From assembly GCA_000091165.1 (NCBI GenBank), contig FP565575.1, positions 2,640,001 to 2,672,000 on the forward strand: a DNA stretch of 32,000 nucleotides, in the 5' to 3' direction. Both the position numbers and the translations under genes were made by a program. The notes beneath the pieces were generated by a model. That model was not told the DNA's origin and did no database searches. It saw only the letters and a program-made list of their open reading frames with translations. Of the stretch, positions 6,191 through 15,832 are shown piece after piece (positions within the stretch are counted from its first letter, which is position 1; each line of letters opens with the position of its first letter). The stretch comes from Candidatus Methylomirabilis oxygeniifera. GTDB lineage: Bacteria > Methylomirabilota > Methylomirabilia > Methylomirabilales > Methylomirabilaceae.

Positions 6191-8726
6191 ACGCTACCGC
6201 TGCTGCGATGTTCAGGCGGGCCGCCTGCCTGGCAGGCAGGTAGCCGGCCAGTAAGGCCGCGCCGAGTGTGATGATCGACGACTTGAGGACAACCCACCAG
6301 GAGAACTGAAACTGAATAGTCCAGCCGAACGACTGCTTATTGATGACATGGATCAGAATGAGCGACAACGCGATGCCGGCCAACAGGCCAAGCAGTTCGG
6401 CCCACAAGCCAAGGAGTCCCGCTTCTCCAAGGACAATTCGTAGAAGCTGCGCCCTCGTCGCCCCGACCGACCGCAGTACGCCGATCTCCCGACGGCGACT
6501 CAGGACCGAGGCCCACAAGACGTTGAAGATCCCGAGGATGCCCACCAGGATTGCGATCAGCTCCAGGGCGCGCGCTATCGCAAAGGTATTGTCAAAGATC
6601 TCCAGCACCCTGGCTTTCAACGCTCGATTCGAGTGGAGCACGATCGCGCCATCTTCGCCCGCAATCGCCAGAAGCTGCCGCCGCACAGCCGCCTCGTCGG
6701 CGCCCGGCTGAAGATAGATCGCCAGGATATCGGCTCCATATTCGCCCCCCATCCTCGCCCAGAGGCCCCGATCCATCACCACCTTGCCGCCATCGGTTGA
6801 GTAGTCATAGAAGACCCCGACAATCGGGAGTTCGACCCGACCTGAGGGGAGAACGAGAGGCAATCGGTTCCCCTCGGTGAGCCCTCTGGACAGCGCGAGG
6901 CTTTCCGAGATGATCACTCCGCCATCGGTCCTGGCGTGCTGAAGAACTGCAGCCGACTCCCCCTTCCTGAACAGGAGCCTGCCGTAACGCGCAAGTACCT
7001 CGAAGTCGCCCGCCGCGAGCAATCCGTCCTGTCCCAGCAATTCGACTCGCGTGCCGATGAACGGGTCAAGGGCGGCGATACCGGGGATCCTGGCGGCGCC
7101 CTCGATGAGGCTGTTCGGAAGCCTTGCCTGGCTCCCCTTCACGAAACGCGCAGCCGGCGACACGATGAGATCGGCCCGGATCGTCTGCTCCACCCATAGC
7201 TCCACCGTCCGCCGGAAGCTACCGATCATCAGGGTCAACCCAACCAGCATCGCAATAGCGGTCATCATCGCGGCGACTGCGACTGCGCTTCGCCCGACCT
7301 GCGAAGAGAGGTTGCTGGCCGCAAGCGTCAGCAGTGGAGCCCGGCTTCCCCCACAGAGGGCGTGAATGCCCACCCCGGTCAGGCGTAAGAGCTGGGGGGT
7401 GAAACAGGCGACCCCAAAGACGAGGCAAGCCAGAGAGAGATAACCGAAGAGGGGAGTACCACTAACCGGACCCGGGTGAGTCAGCAGGAACGAGGCGGTA
7501 AGCAGCAAGAGGCCGCACAGCAAAGCAAGCAGAGAGCGGCGCATCCAGGTCCTTTGAAAGGACCCGATCTGCATCGCGTCCTTCGGCGCGATCCGGCTCG
7601 CCGCATAGGCCGGCGCGAGGGAGGCCAACAGGGCGCCGACGCTTCCCAACCCGAGCGTTGTGAGTAGCAGGACCGGACTGACCTCGATCTCTTCTACCCG
7701 AAGGTAGGTATAGAGGGTTGAGACCGTCCTCGAGACGGTCTGCAGGAGTGCTCGGCCCAGCAGCAGCCCACCCCCGGCTCCAAGCAGCGAACCCAGCAGC
7801 CCAAGCGCCGCCCCTTCCGCGGCAAAGAGCGCGGCCAGTGCACCCCGCGTGAGCCCAAGTGAACGGAGGATGCCGATCTGACGCCGCCGCTCCAGGACCG
7901 AAAGGGAGACGGCATTGTAGACCAGGAAGAGGCTGACCAGCAGCGCGATCGCGCTCAGGGCGGTCAAGTTGAGACGAAACGCTCTGAGCATCTTCTCCAC
8001 CTGGTGGCCTCGCCGATCCGGTCGCTGGACGGTCAGATACGTGGGAAGGACGTTCGCCAGGCGTGCCCTGATCTCGTCCAGCGGCACCCGCTCATCCGTC
8101 ACCAGATCGATCCGATCGAGTCGCCCGATCTTCCCGAACGCCTCCTGGGCGGCAGCGATGTCCAGGATCGCGATATTGCCGTCGAAGGCCCTGGCCGGCC
8201 CTTGCGGGGCAAGTAGTCCCTTGATATTGAAACGCTGCCTCCTGGATCCGACCAGGAGGGTGAGGTGGCCACCTTTCTGCAGTCCGTGCGCCTCTGCAAA
8301 CGCCGCAGTCACAAAGATTACGTTTGGGCTGAGCAGCTCCTCGATTTGAGGCGGACGATCGCTGGCCACCAGTCGGTATTCCCGAAACGGGTCTTCGGCA
8401 AATAGATCGACCCCGATCAGTACAAGGGCTTCGCCCGGCTGATCAGCGACGGCAGCGACCGTTTGTATGATCGGCGCGGCCGCCGACACCCCGTCCAGTC
8501 GTTGCACTGCCGGCAGGAGCCGCTCATCGACACCCAGTTCGCCACCGGAGATCTCCAGCGTGGCCCGACCTGCCACCAGATCAATGGCCCGCGTAAACGA
8601 ACGCAGGACGCTCTCGTTGGTGGTTTGGATCGCAGTGAAGGTGGCGATGCCGATGGCGACACCCGTTACGGTGACCAGCACCCGGACCGGACTTGTCCAT
8701 AAATGGCGAAGGATGGTGAGTCGCAT
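6180..8726 (-). CDS. ABC transporter permease, fused double FtsX-domain (MacB/AttFG-like)
   Basis: About 848 aa from ATG 8726 (a GTG at 8744 is an alternative). It has two repeats of a large extracytoplasmic loop followed by an FtsX 3-TM bundle (..RRREIGVLRSVGATRAQL.. and ..RRRQIGILRSLGLTRGAL..). It lies immediately downstream of the ATPase gene. Confidence 0.9.
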   Translation of the reverse strand: MRLTILRHLWTSPVRVLVTVTGVAIGIATFTAIQTTNESVLRSFTRAIDLVAGRATLEISGGELGVDERLLPAVQRLDGVSAAAPIIQTVAAVADQPGEALVLIGVDLFAEDPFREYRLVASDRPPQIEELLSPNVIFVTAAFAEAHGLQKGGHLTLLVGSRRQRFNIKGLLAPQGPARAFDGNIAILDIAAAQEAFGKIGRLDRIDLVTDERVPLDEIRARLANVLPTYLTVQRPDRRGHQVEKMLRAFRLNLTALSAIALLVSLFLVYNAVSLSVLERRRQIGILRSLGLTRGALAALFAAEGAALGLLGSLLGAGGGLLLGRALLQTVSRTVSTLYTYLRVEEIEVSPVLLLTTLGLGSVGALLASLAPAYAASRIAPKDAMQIGSFQRTWMRRSLLALLCGLLLLTASFLLTHPGPVSGTPLFGYLSLACLVFGVACFTPQLLRLTGVGIHALCGGSRAPLLTLAASNLSSQVGRSAVAVAAMMTAIAMLVGLTLMIGSFRRTVELWVEQTIRADLIVSPAARFVKGSQARLPNSLIEGAARIPGIAALDPFIGTRVELLGQDGLLAAGDFEVLARYGRLLFRKGESAAVLQHARTDGGVIISESLALSRGLTEGNRLPLVLPSGRVELPIVGVFYDYSTDGGKVVMDRGLWARMGGEYGADILAIYLQPGADEAAVRRQLLAIAGEDGAIVLHSNRALKARVLEIFDNTFAIARALELIAILVGILGIFNVLWASVLSRRREIGVLRSVGATRAQLLRIVLGEAGLLGLWAELLGLLAGIALSLILIHVINKQSFGWTIQFQFSWWVVLKSSIITLGAALLAGYLPARQAARLNIAAAVAYEG

Positions 8727-8745
8727 GACAGACCAGGTATGCACG

Positions 8746-9423
8746 TCAGGATCCCTCGAGCCCCTCTATCCGTCCGTCACAGAGGGGGATGATCCGACCG
8801 GCCCTTCTCACAGCCTCCGGGCTGTGGGTGGCTAGGACGATCGTCTGACCGTAATCCTGATACAGCTCCTCGAGCAGATCCAGGACCGCGCTGCCTGCCA
8901 CCGAATCCAGGTTTCCGGTCGGCTCGTCGGCCAGGACAACCCGCGGCTCGGCCACGATCGCTCGGGCTATGGCCACCCGCTGCTGTTCCCCGCCGGACAG
9001 CTCATGGGGCCAGTGCTCCGCGCGATGTACCAAACCTACCCGTTGCAGCCCACGCTCAACGCGCCGTTCGACGTCAGCGCGCTGCACCCCATCCAGCAGC
9101 AGAGGCAGGGCGACGTTTTCTCTGGCGGTGAGTGTCGGTAGCAGGTTAAAAAACTGGTAGACGATCCCAACCCTACTCCGGCGAAGCCGCGTCAGGCTAT
9201 CGTCGGACAGGCGATCCAGGCGCTCTCCATCAAGCCATACCTCACCCGACGTCGGCCGGTCGATCCCGGCCATCAGGTTGAGCAGGGTGCTCTTACCGCA
9301 ACCGCTCGGCCCGACCAACGCGACGAACTCCCCCGGCCCGATGGTCAGCGTGACCCTATCCAGGGCCCGCACGAGAACCTTCCCCAGCGAATAGATCTTC
9401 GAAACCTGCTGTAACCTGATCAT
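8746..9423 (-). CDS. ABC transporter ATP-binding protein (LolD/MacB-type)
   Basis: 225 aa with Walker A GPSGCGKST, signature LSGGEQQRVAIARA, Walker B VVLADEPTGNLD and an H-loop (ATHS). Confidence 0.95.
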   Translation of the reverse strand: MIRLQQVSKIYSLGKVLVRALDRVTLTIGPGEFVALVGPSGCGKSTLLNLMAGIDRPTSGEVWLDGERLDRLSDDSLTRLRRSRVGIVYQFFNLLPTLTARENVALPLLLDGVQRADVERRVERGLQRVGLVHRAEHWPHELSGGEQQRVAIARAIVAEPRVVLADEPTGNLDSVAGSAVLDLLEELYQDYGQTIVLATHSPEAVRRAGRIIPLCDGRIEGLEGS

Positions 9424-9518
9424 CTGCGTGTACTCATCTCAATCCCATTATTACGTGGACCTTCCGCCGAGTCAACGCACTCGCTTCCGGATGGTCCCTT
9501 CCAAAGCCAGGAATTCGA

Positions 9519-9547
9519 TTGACAAGCCTGGAGACGGGGGGTATAGA
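9519..9547 (+). promoter_or_regulatory. Sigma70-like promoter candidate for pal (TTGACA-17-TATAGA)
   Basis: TTGACA at 9519-9524, a 17-nt spacer, then TATAGA at 9542-9547. It sits in the divergent intergenic region ~120 nt upstream of ATG 9666. Confidence 0.4.
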
Positions 9548-9665
9548 TACCTCTATTCCAAATTTGGCTATTCGTCGTACGCTTGATGTGCATGAGGCAA
9601 GGTTGCGCGGTAGGCGCTGCGAGTGGCGCGATCCCAAGGGACATTGTTTGAGGAGGCGAAAGCAA

Positions 9666-10220
9666 ATGGGGAAATCATGGGGGCTTAGGACCATATCGAG
9701 CATAGGATTGCTGTTATCCATCGTGCTTCTGCTCTCAGGCTGCCTGAAGCGTGCAGATCTTGGCGATATGGGAGACTCGACCTCGATGCAATCGGAGGAG
9801 GCAGTGAAACAATCGAAGTCGATTCAGGAGCGTCCGGTTGCAGGAGCGCCCTCGGCGCAGCAACCGGCAACGGCAGGCAAGGAGTCGCCGCTCAAGGATA
9901 TCTTCTTCGATTTTGACAAATCGACCATTCGCGACGATGCGAAGTCAAGCCTCAATGAGGACCTTCAGTGGCTCAACGCGAATCCGACGGCGCAGATCGT
10001 AATCGAGGGCCACTGCGACGAGCGCGGGACGGCGGAATATAATCTTGGTTTGGGCGAACGACGGGCCAAGGCTGCCAAGGACTACGTAATGGCGGCGGGA
10101 ATCAATGCGAAGCGTATCAGGACCGTGAGCTTCGGGAAAGAACGCCCGTTTGCCACAGGTCATGATGAGTCGGCATGGAAGTGGAACCGGCGGGCGCACT
10201 TCGTGGTAGACGAGCGGTAG
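9666..10220 (+). CDS. pal: Peptidoglycan-associated lipoprotein Pal (OmpA-C-like)
   Basis: 184 aa from ATG 9666 with a GAGGAGG SD upstream. It has a lipobox (LLLSGC) and an OmpA-like domain (IFFDFDKSTIRDDAK..LQWLNANP..IVIEGHCDERGTAEYNLGLGERRAKA..Y....G...R..TVSFGKERP). Confidence 0.9.
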   Translation: MGKSWGLRTISSIGLLLSIVLLLSGCLKRADLGDMGDSTSMQSEEAVKQSKSIQERPVAGAPSAQQPATAGKESPLKDIFFDFDKSTIRDDAKSSLNEDLQWLNANPTAQIVIEGHCDERGTAEYNLGLGERRAKAAKDYVMAAGINAKRIRTVSFGKERPFATGHDESAWKWNRRAHFVVDER

Positions 10221-10230
10221 CGCCACGACG

Positions 10231-11556
10231 TTATGAGCGAAAAAAGAAGAGGGTAACCAGGAGAAACAGGGGAAGGAGGATGCCGGCGGTATACTTCATG
10301 TACCCAAAGAAAGACGGCATCTTGACCCCGGCCTCTTCCGCTATCGCCTTGACCATGAAGTTAGGACCGTTGCCGATATAGGTATTCGCTCCCATAGCGA
10401 CGGCGCCGACAGAGATCGCCGTCAGGAGCGTTTCCCCATGCATGCCTCCGGTTATCGCCTTCAGAAGCAGACCCAGATGCGCGGCCTCCGTCCCCATCAG
10501 GCCGCTTGCCATCGATGCGAAGGTCAGATAGGTCGGCGCGTTATCAAGGAAGCTCGAGAGCAACCCCGTCACCCAAAAGAACTGCCATGGGTGCGTAAGG
10601 CCAAGCTCGCCTCCGCGTGACTCCAGGATCACCAGCGCGGGAATCATCGTCGCGAAGATCCCGGCGAAGATCACTGCAACCTCTATGATGGGGGACAGGG
10701 TAAAGTTGTTGGCAGCGCGCGTGTTCTGACGTGTCAGCAGCATAGACAGTCCTGCAAGGATACCCATCCCCACGATCTGCCCTCCCCGACGCGCATAGTC
10801 GGACTGCAGGCCGATCTGGTCACCGAATCGCCCGACCACAAAGGCGACCGTGAGCACGCCCAGTAAGAGCAGGAAGTTTACCTTGCCTTCCACGCTGAGC
10901 TTTTCCCGGGTCTCGAACTCCGTCCTCACAGCCCCCTGGTGTATTGTCTGTTCGGCTGCAAACCGACGCCGGTCCCATAAGTAGAAGATGATGAGGAGTG
11001 TCGTGACCATTAGGATCCAGTGAGGCAGCAGTCGGATCGTCCAGTCGAACGGCACCCCTCGAAGAAAACCGAGGAAGAGCGGCGGATCGCCAAGGGGGGT
11101 GAGCATCCCGCCGATATTCGAGACGATGAAGATGAAGAAGACCATGATATGCACCTGATGCCGCCGCCGCTCGTTCGCGCGAAGGATCGGACGAATCAGC
11201 AACATCGAGGCGCCTGTCGTTCCGATAATGTTTGAGAAGATGGCTCCTGTCGCCAGGACGACGGTGTTGGTGAACGGTGTTCCAGGCAGTGAGCCTCGCA
11301 GGTAGATGCCGCCGGAGATGATGAACAGGGCCGAGAGCAGGGCCATAAATGCCGCATACTCAACCCCCGTTTCAATGAGGCGAGAACTCTCCAGCCTGAA
11401 GATGTAGAATACGACGGGAAGTGCGAAGAGGGCGCTGATGATCCCCTTATTCAGGTTGGATTCCCACCAGTGAGGAACAAGCAGCGGCAGAACCGCGATC
11501 GACAGGAGTAACAGGGCGAATGGGGCCGCCCAGATCAGTCCAAGCTGATGATCCAA
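10231..11556 (-). CDS. Ion transporter of the ArsB/NhaD (citrate-transporter-like) superfamily, putative Na+/H+ antiporter
   Basis: 441 aa with ~11-12 predicted TM segments. The glycine-rich motif pattern (SNIIGTTGASMLLIRP; NAPTYLTF; GANTYIGNGPNFMV) is typical of this permease superfamily. Confidence 0.75.
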   Translation of the reverse strand: MDHQLGLIWAAPFALLLLSIAVLPLLVPHWWESNLNKGIISALFALPVVFYIFRLESSRLIETGVEYAAFMALLSALFIISGGIYLRGSLPGTPFTNTVVLATGAIFSNIIGTTGASMLLIRPILRANERRRHQVHIMVFFIFIVSNIGGMLTPLGDPPLFLGFLRGVPFDWTIRLLPHWILMVTTLLIIFYLWDRRRFAAEQTIHQGAVRTEFETREKLSVEGKVNFLLLLGVLTVAFVVGRFGDQIGLQSDYARRGGQIVGMGILAGLSMLLTRQNTRAANNFTLSPIIEVAVIFAGIFATMIPALVILESRGGELGLTHPWQFFWVTGLLSSFLDNAPTYLTFASMASGLMGTEAAHLGLLLKAITGGMHGETLLTAISVGAVAMGANTYIGNGPNFMVKAIAEEAGVKMPSFFGYMKYTAGILLPLFLLVTLFFFRS

Positions 11557-11680
11557 TAGCCCCCACCCTCCTTCGCGGCTACAGTGATACCCGGCAGGAC
11601 CAAGAGTGTCGACGTCGATTTTATGTGTGAGCCGTTACCCTACCAGAACGGACGCAGAAGTCAATACGTGTTCGGGGTTG

Positions 11681-11708
11681 TTGTTGGGCGACTCCGCTGT
11701 GCTATACT
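11681..11708 (+). promoter_or_regulatory. Sigma70-like promoter candidate (TTGTTG-16-TATACT)
   Basis: TTGTTG at 11681-11686 and TATACT at 11703-11708, ~150 nt upstream of the metallophosphoesterase ATG. Confidence 0.3.
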
Positions 11709-11856
11709 GATCTTAGCGTATGAACAGTCTCGGCAGAACAATACGTTTCGTCCACCCCGAGCCTACCGAAAGGGCGGAGGGCAGACAAGAGGTTGTCGGA
11801 CATGCTCCTCGAGGAAAAAATGGGGAGCTTGTCGCTGTGCATGGCTTCGCAGCAGG

Positions 11857-12870
11857 ATGGCAAGGCTGATGAACGGGGTCTTCCGGGTCGCCCACCTCTC
11901 TGATCTCCATCTCACTTCACTGGTCGACGTCACAATCCGCGATCTCCTGAACAAGCGCGCGCTCGGTTACCTGTCCTGGCGCCTTCGGCGCCGTCACGAG
12001 CACGTACCCGCAATCCTGGATGCCCTGCGTCACGACTTGAGCGGGCTGACCCCGGACCATATCGTCATCACGGGCGATCTGACCCATATCGGCCTCCCGA
12101 GTGAATTTCAACAGGCCCAACAATGGCTGGAGACGCTTGGTGCGCCGACCGACGTGACCATTATTCCGGGCAACCATGATGCCTACGTCCGCGCTCCGTG
12201 GGACGATACCTTCGCCTTATGGACGCCCTACATGACCTCTGATCCGGGATCACAGACCGGGGGCCAGCAAGCGCCCGGCGAGTCATTCTTTCCAAGTGTA
12301 CGTGTGCGCGGGCATGTCGTACTGATTGGGGCAACCTCTGCGCGTCCATCCGCTCCGTTTTTCGCTACGGGAAGCCTTGGGACCGCACAGATGGCCAGAC
12401 TTGGCGATCTCCTCGATCTGACCCGCCGACAGGGCCTGTTCAGAATCCTGCTCATCCACCATCCTCCTCTGGCGGCCATAGTCCAATGGCGGAAACGACT
12501 CACCGATGGGGCCGCGTTGATCAGCCTTCTCGCGCGACACGGTGTCGAGATGATTATACACGGACACGCTCATCGCTCTTACGTGGGACATATTCCGTCG
12601 GCGCACGGTGAGATGTCCGTGATCGGGGTCCCCTCTGCTTCTGCGCGCGGGGCAAATCCGGAACGGCGCGCAGCGTACCATGTCTACGAGGTGCGTCCGT
12701 TGTCTCACGGATGGGAGGTTCGGACGTCGGTTCGCAACTACTCCCTGAACGACCGTTGTTTTGTTGCGGGAACGCAGCGAACAACACGGATGCCCGGTTC
12801 GGTCACGGACTTACTGCACACGACGATACACCCACACCGTCACGCCGCCCAGCACGGCCAGCGGGCTTAA
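11857..12870 (+). CDS. Calcineurin-like metallophosphoesterase
   Basis: 337 aa from ATG 11857. The full motif set is present: AHLSDLHL, ITGDLTH, IPGNHD, LIHHPP, IHGHAH. The upstream part of the track ORF (11584-11856) is R/C-rich and unlikely to be coding. Confidence 0.8.
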   Translation: MARLMNGVFRVAHLSDLHLTSLVDVTIRDLLNKRALGYLSWRLRRRHEHVPAILDALRHDLSGLTPDHIVITGDLTHIGLPSEFQQAQQWLETLGAPTDVTIIPGNHDAYVRAPWDDTFALWTPYMTSDPGSQTGGQQAPGESFFPSVRVRGHVVLIGATSARPSAPFFATGSLGTAQMARLGDLLDLTRRQGLFRILLIHHPPLAAIVQWRKRLTDGAALISLLARHGVEMIIHGHAHRSYVGHIPSAHGEMSVIGVPSASARGANPERRAAYHVYEVRPLSHGWEVRTSVRNYSLNDRCFVAGTQRTTRMPGSVTDLLHTTIHPHRHAAQHGQRA

Positions 12871-13878
12871 GACCGTCAACGCCGCGTTCAGATGCAAAAT
12901 AGCCCCCAGATGAGCAATGAAATGGCTGCCCAGATGAAAGGCGGCGCCGATCAGCGATCCGTGAAGGATCCGCTTGCCGGCAGTCGCTTTCCGAAGCGGA
13001 CCGAGCACAAAGGGGATGGCGACGAGGACCATCATCAGGGTCGAGAGGGGCATCGTCATCTGTTGCCACAGCCGAATCTCCAGACGCGCCACATCCTGGC
13101 CGGTCTTTTTCAGGAATGCGATATACTGGCTGAGAGTCGAACGCGATAAAATCTCGGCGGGCAGGACGAGCAGTTCCGCCTGTGTCGGCGTTAACGACCC
13201 GGCCCAGGAAAGGCTGGCAAGCTGTTTCGATGCGACTCCCCCTCCATCGACCATTCGTTGCACGACATCGATGAGCACCCACCGATGTGAACCCTCAGGT
13301 TCGGCGCGCGCGGCCCATGTCACCAGGCGCAACCGATGGTTATCATCGAATTCGTAGATCTCGACATTGGAGAGAATACGACCGGGCAGCACTTGGTACA
13401 CCCGGATAAATTGCCGCCCATCGCGCGACCAGAACCCCTGTCTGGTATGCAGGGCTTCCGGTTTCGAGATCGCCTGGATGCGGCGCATATAGGCGAGCTG
13501 ATCTGCGGATGGAGCGATCCATTCCTGAACTCCTATCACCGCGATCATGAGGAGAATGCCGGTTACGGTCACCGATGCGCCGATTCGCAGCGGCGAGGTG
13601 CCCAAGGTCTGCATGGCGATAAGTTCGTGGCTGCTCGCCAGTTCTCCCAGGCCGATGATGCTTCCCAGTACGGCGGTCGTCGGCGCCAGTTCGATCATCC
13701 GGCTGGGTATTGTCAGGATGACGTTCAGGAACGCGTCGCCCAGCGTGTAGGTGCCGCGGCCCACCGAGTCCAACTCGTTGACGAGGGCCATCAGACTGAA
13801 GACCGACAACAAGACAGCCATCACAAGGGCATAACCCCTGATCACTCTGAACCAGATATGGCGATCGATCGTACTCAC
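12811..13878 (-). CDS. lptG: LPS export ABC permease LptG (YjgP/YjgQ family)
   Basis: 355 aa from GTG 13878, which overlaps the upstream gene's TGA as GTGA. It has the YjgP/YjgQ architecture: 3 TM segments, a periplasmic beta-jellyroll, then 3 TM segments. It is the second gene of the pair. Confidence 0.75.
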   Translation of the reverse strand: MSTIDRHIWFRVIRGYALVMAVLLSVFSLMALVNELDSVGRGTYTLGDAFLNVILTIPSRMIELAPTTAVLGSIIGLGELASSHELIAMQTLGTSPLRIGASVTVTGILLMIAVIGVQEWIAPSADQLAYMRRIQAISKPEALHTRQGFWSRDGRQFIRVYQVLPGRILSNVEIYEFDDNHRLRLVTWAARAEPEGSHRWVLIDVVQRMVDGGGVASKQLASLSWAGSLTPTQAELLVLPAEILSRSTLSQYIAFLKKTGQDVARLEIRLWQQMTMPLSTLMMVLVAIPFVLGPLRKATAGKRILHGSLIGAAFHLGSHFIAHLGAILHLNAALTVLSPLAVLGGVTVWVYRRVQ

Positions 13879-14945
13879 GATTGGGTTGTCCGTCTCCACA
13901 GCAGGCTTGCAACCAGGATCGCTAAGAGAAGATGGACCCACCAGATACCCGGAACGGTGCTCACCACTCCCTTTTCAACCCAATGTCTCGCCATCATGTT
14001 CAGGTTATAAAATGTGGCATAGCTTACGACCGACACGAATAACTTCGCGTACTTGCCTTGGCGTGCCCTGGCACGACTGAGAGGGAAGCCTAGCAATCCC
14101 ATCAGCAGGGCAGCCACCGGGGTTGACAGTCGCCATTGAAACTCCGCGATATCCTTGGGTGAAGCTGAGCGCGCTAATTGCCAGGTTGGAGCGGCTTTCC
14201 GCTTGTACTCTTCCGACAGGGTCCGTGCTTTCTCCCACTCGAGAACCAGTTCGTCGGATGTGGCCTGTCGGACTGCGCCACGATCTCGAGAGAGCTCGTA
14301 GATCTGCGCTCCGGAACAGACCAGGGTCCGGCCGGCGCCCGCTTCTACAGCTTCAGGGTAGTGAGCCTCATCCGCCCAAATGAGCCGAATCCGATCCTCC
14401 GAACGAGACTGGATAAAGACCTCCCGCATTCGACCGCTGCTCTGGGCGCGCCGCTGAAAGAACAGGACAGTCCCGGAGGAGTTTTCGTAGAAGTGACCCG
14501 GCTGCATATCGTTCAGATCGACGTCCGCAGCCGCCTCGCGCTCCAGACGATAGCGATTTTCGTTGGCCCATGGTCGGACATAGATGGACAGAAACGCCAC
14601 GATCCCCGCCACGATCAGAGAACCCACACACACGATACGCATGATTCGTGACGGGCTGACACCGGAGCTGAAGAGAGCGGTCATTTCGGAATCGGTATAG
14701 AGACGACCCAGCGTCACGACAACCGACAGGTGCAGCGCAATCGGCAGCAAGAGCTCCAGTGCCACCGCAGCCCTGACCAGGACCAGCGGCAGCACGCTTT
14801 GAAAGGGCATGATGCCGTCGGCTACCCGATTGAGATAACGGACGGCAGTAAAATTGGCGAACAACAATAACAGCCCGCCGCAAAATATCACAAGCGGCTT
14901 GGCGATCTCCCTGGTCAGATACCGATCGAGTAGCAACATGGGCAT
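13875..14945 (-). CDS. lptF: LPS export ABC permease LptF (YjgP/YjgQ family)
   Basis: 356 aa with N-terminus MPMLLLDRYLTREIAKPL, typical of the YjgP/YjgQ family. It is the first gene of a translationally coupled pair. Confidence 0.75.
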   Translation of the reverse strand: MPMLLLDRYLTREIAKPLVIFCGGLLLLFANFTAVRYLNRVADGIMPFQSVLPLVLVRAAVALELLLPIALHLSVVVTLGRLYTDSEMTALFSSGVSPSRIMRIVCVGSLIVAGIVAFLSIYVRPWANENRYRLEREAAADVDLNDMQPGHFYENSSGTVLFFQRRAQSSGRMREVFIQSRSEDRIRLIWADEAHYPEAVEAGAGRTLVCSGAQIYELSRDRGAVRQATSDELVLEWEKARTLSEEYKRKAAPTWQLARSASPKDIAEFQWRLSTPVAALLMGLLGFPLSRARARQGKYAKLFVSVVSYATFYNLNMMARHWVEKGVVSTVPGIWWVHLLLAILVASLLWRRTTQS

Positions 14946-15084
14946 CTACGAAATGTCACAGCTATCCCTTTCAAGATGTGATATGGTATCGTACTGCTGC
15001 CGGATTGCACAAGTCCGCTTTTCTTCAAGACAAGGCCGAATGCCACCGGGCATGGCGGCGTGGGTTCGCAGGAGGAGATTGTCA

Positions 15085-15804
15085 ATGAGGTGTATCATAT
15101 TGAGTGCAGGTCAAGGCCGACGCCTGCTCCCGCTGACGGCGGAGGTTCCGAAATGCGCTCTTCAGATCGGGGGCCAATCGATCGTCGAGCGGCAAATCAC
15201 CCAGTTGATGAAGTGCGGCATCGACCAAGTGACTGTCATCGTGGGTTTCGGGGCCGACAAGGTGGAGCACATCATACGCAGTCATTTCCGGCCGGACCAG
15301 GCGACAACCCTGTATAATCCCTTTTTTGCCGTGAGCGATAATCTGGCCAGTTGCTGGCTGGCCCGTCACCTGATGACCGAGGACTTTATTCTGCTGAACG
15401 GCGATACCCTGTTCGAGCCGGCTATTCTTCAATCTCTCCTGGATACGCCGCTTGAGCCGATCACACTCGTCATAGACCGTAAACCGGCGTATGACGATGA
15501 CGATATGAAGGTGATGGTAGAAGAACGTCAAGCGCTCAGAATCGGGAAGACCTTGAGTCCGGAACAGTCTCATGGAGAGTCGATCGGTATGACGCTGTTC
15601 CGCGGAAGCGGGCCGAACCTCTTCTCCGACGCTATTGAGCGTGCGGTGCGAAAACCCGACGCCCTGACGTGGTGGTATCTCTCGGTCATTAACGAACTGG
15701 CGCAGACAGGTCTGGTCTGGACCTGTCCCGTCGAGGGTCTGAAGTGGGCCGAAGTGGACTGTCTCGCCGACCTTGAGTATGCCAGAAAACTGGCCGTCTT
15801 GTGA
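15085..15804 (+). CDS. LicC/IPCT-like sugar- or alcohol-phosphate cytidylyl(nucleotidyl)transferase
   Basis: 239 aa from ATG 15085 with a GGAGGAG SD at 15071-15077. It has the N-terminal signature IILSAGQGRRLLPLT..PKCAL and the C-terminal W.EVD...DL..A motif, as in LicC-type CTP:phospho-alcohol cytidylyltransferases. Confidence 0.8.
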   Translation: MRCIILSAGQGRRLLPLTAEVPKCALQIGGQSIVERQITQLMKCGIDQVTVIVGFGADKVEHIIRSHFRPDQATTLYNPFFAVSDNLASCWLARHLMTEDFILLNGDTLFEPAILQSLLDTPLEPITLVIDRKPAYDDDDMKVMVEERQALRIGKTLSPEQSHGESIGMTLFRGSGPNLFSDAIERAVRKPDALTWWYLSVINELAQTGLVWTCPVEGLKWAEVDCLADLEYARKLAVL

Positions 15805-15832
15805 GCGGAGCAATTCGGCGATCTGAGACCGT

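Noticed and set aside
11584-11856. 91-codon upstream extension of the metallophosphoesterase ORF
   Set aside because: It contains promoter-like elements (TTGTTG-16-TATACT) and is R/C-rich. The family's first motif (AHLSDLHL) follows ATG 11857 at the usual distance.
13336-14010. 224-aa (+) and 189-aa (-, 13343..13912) ORFs inside lptG/lptF
   Set aside because: These are shadow frames of the YjgP/YjgQ genes with biased R/D/G/H composition and no SD or family signature.
14977-14987. The 11-nt string TGTGATATGGT recurs at 3911-3921 (right arm of the post-hepT palindrome) and in the lptF/NTase divergent promoter region
   Set aside because: By rough estimate, on the order of a hundred identical 11-mer pairs are expected by chance in 32 kb. 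There is no extended similarity around either copy.
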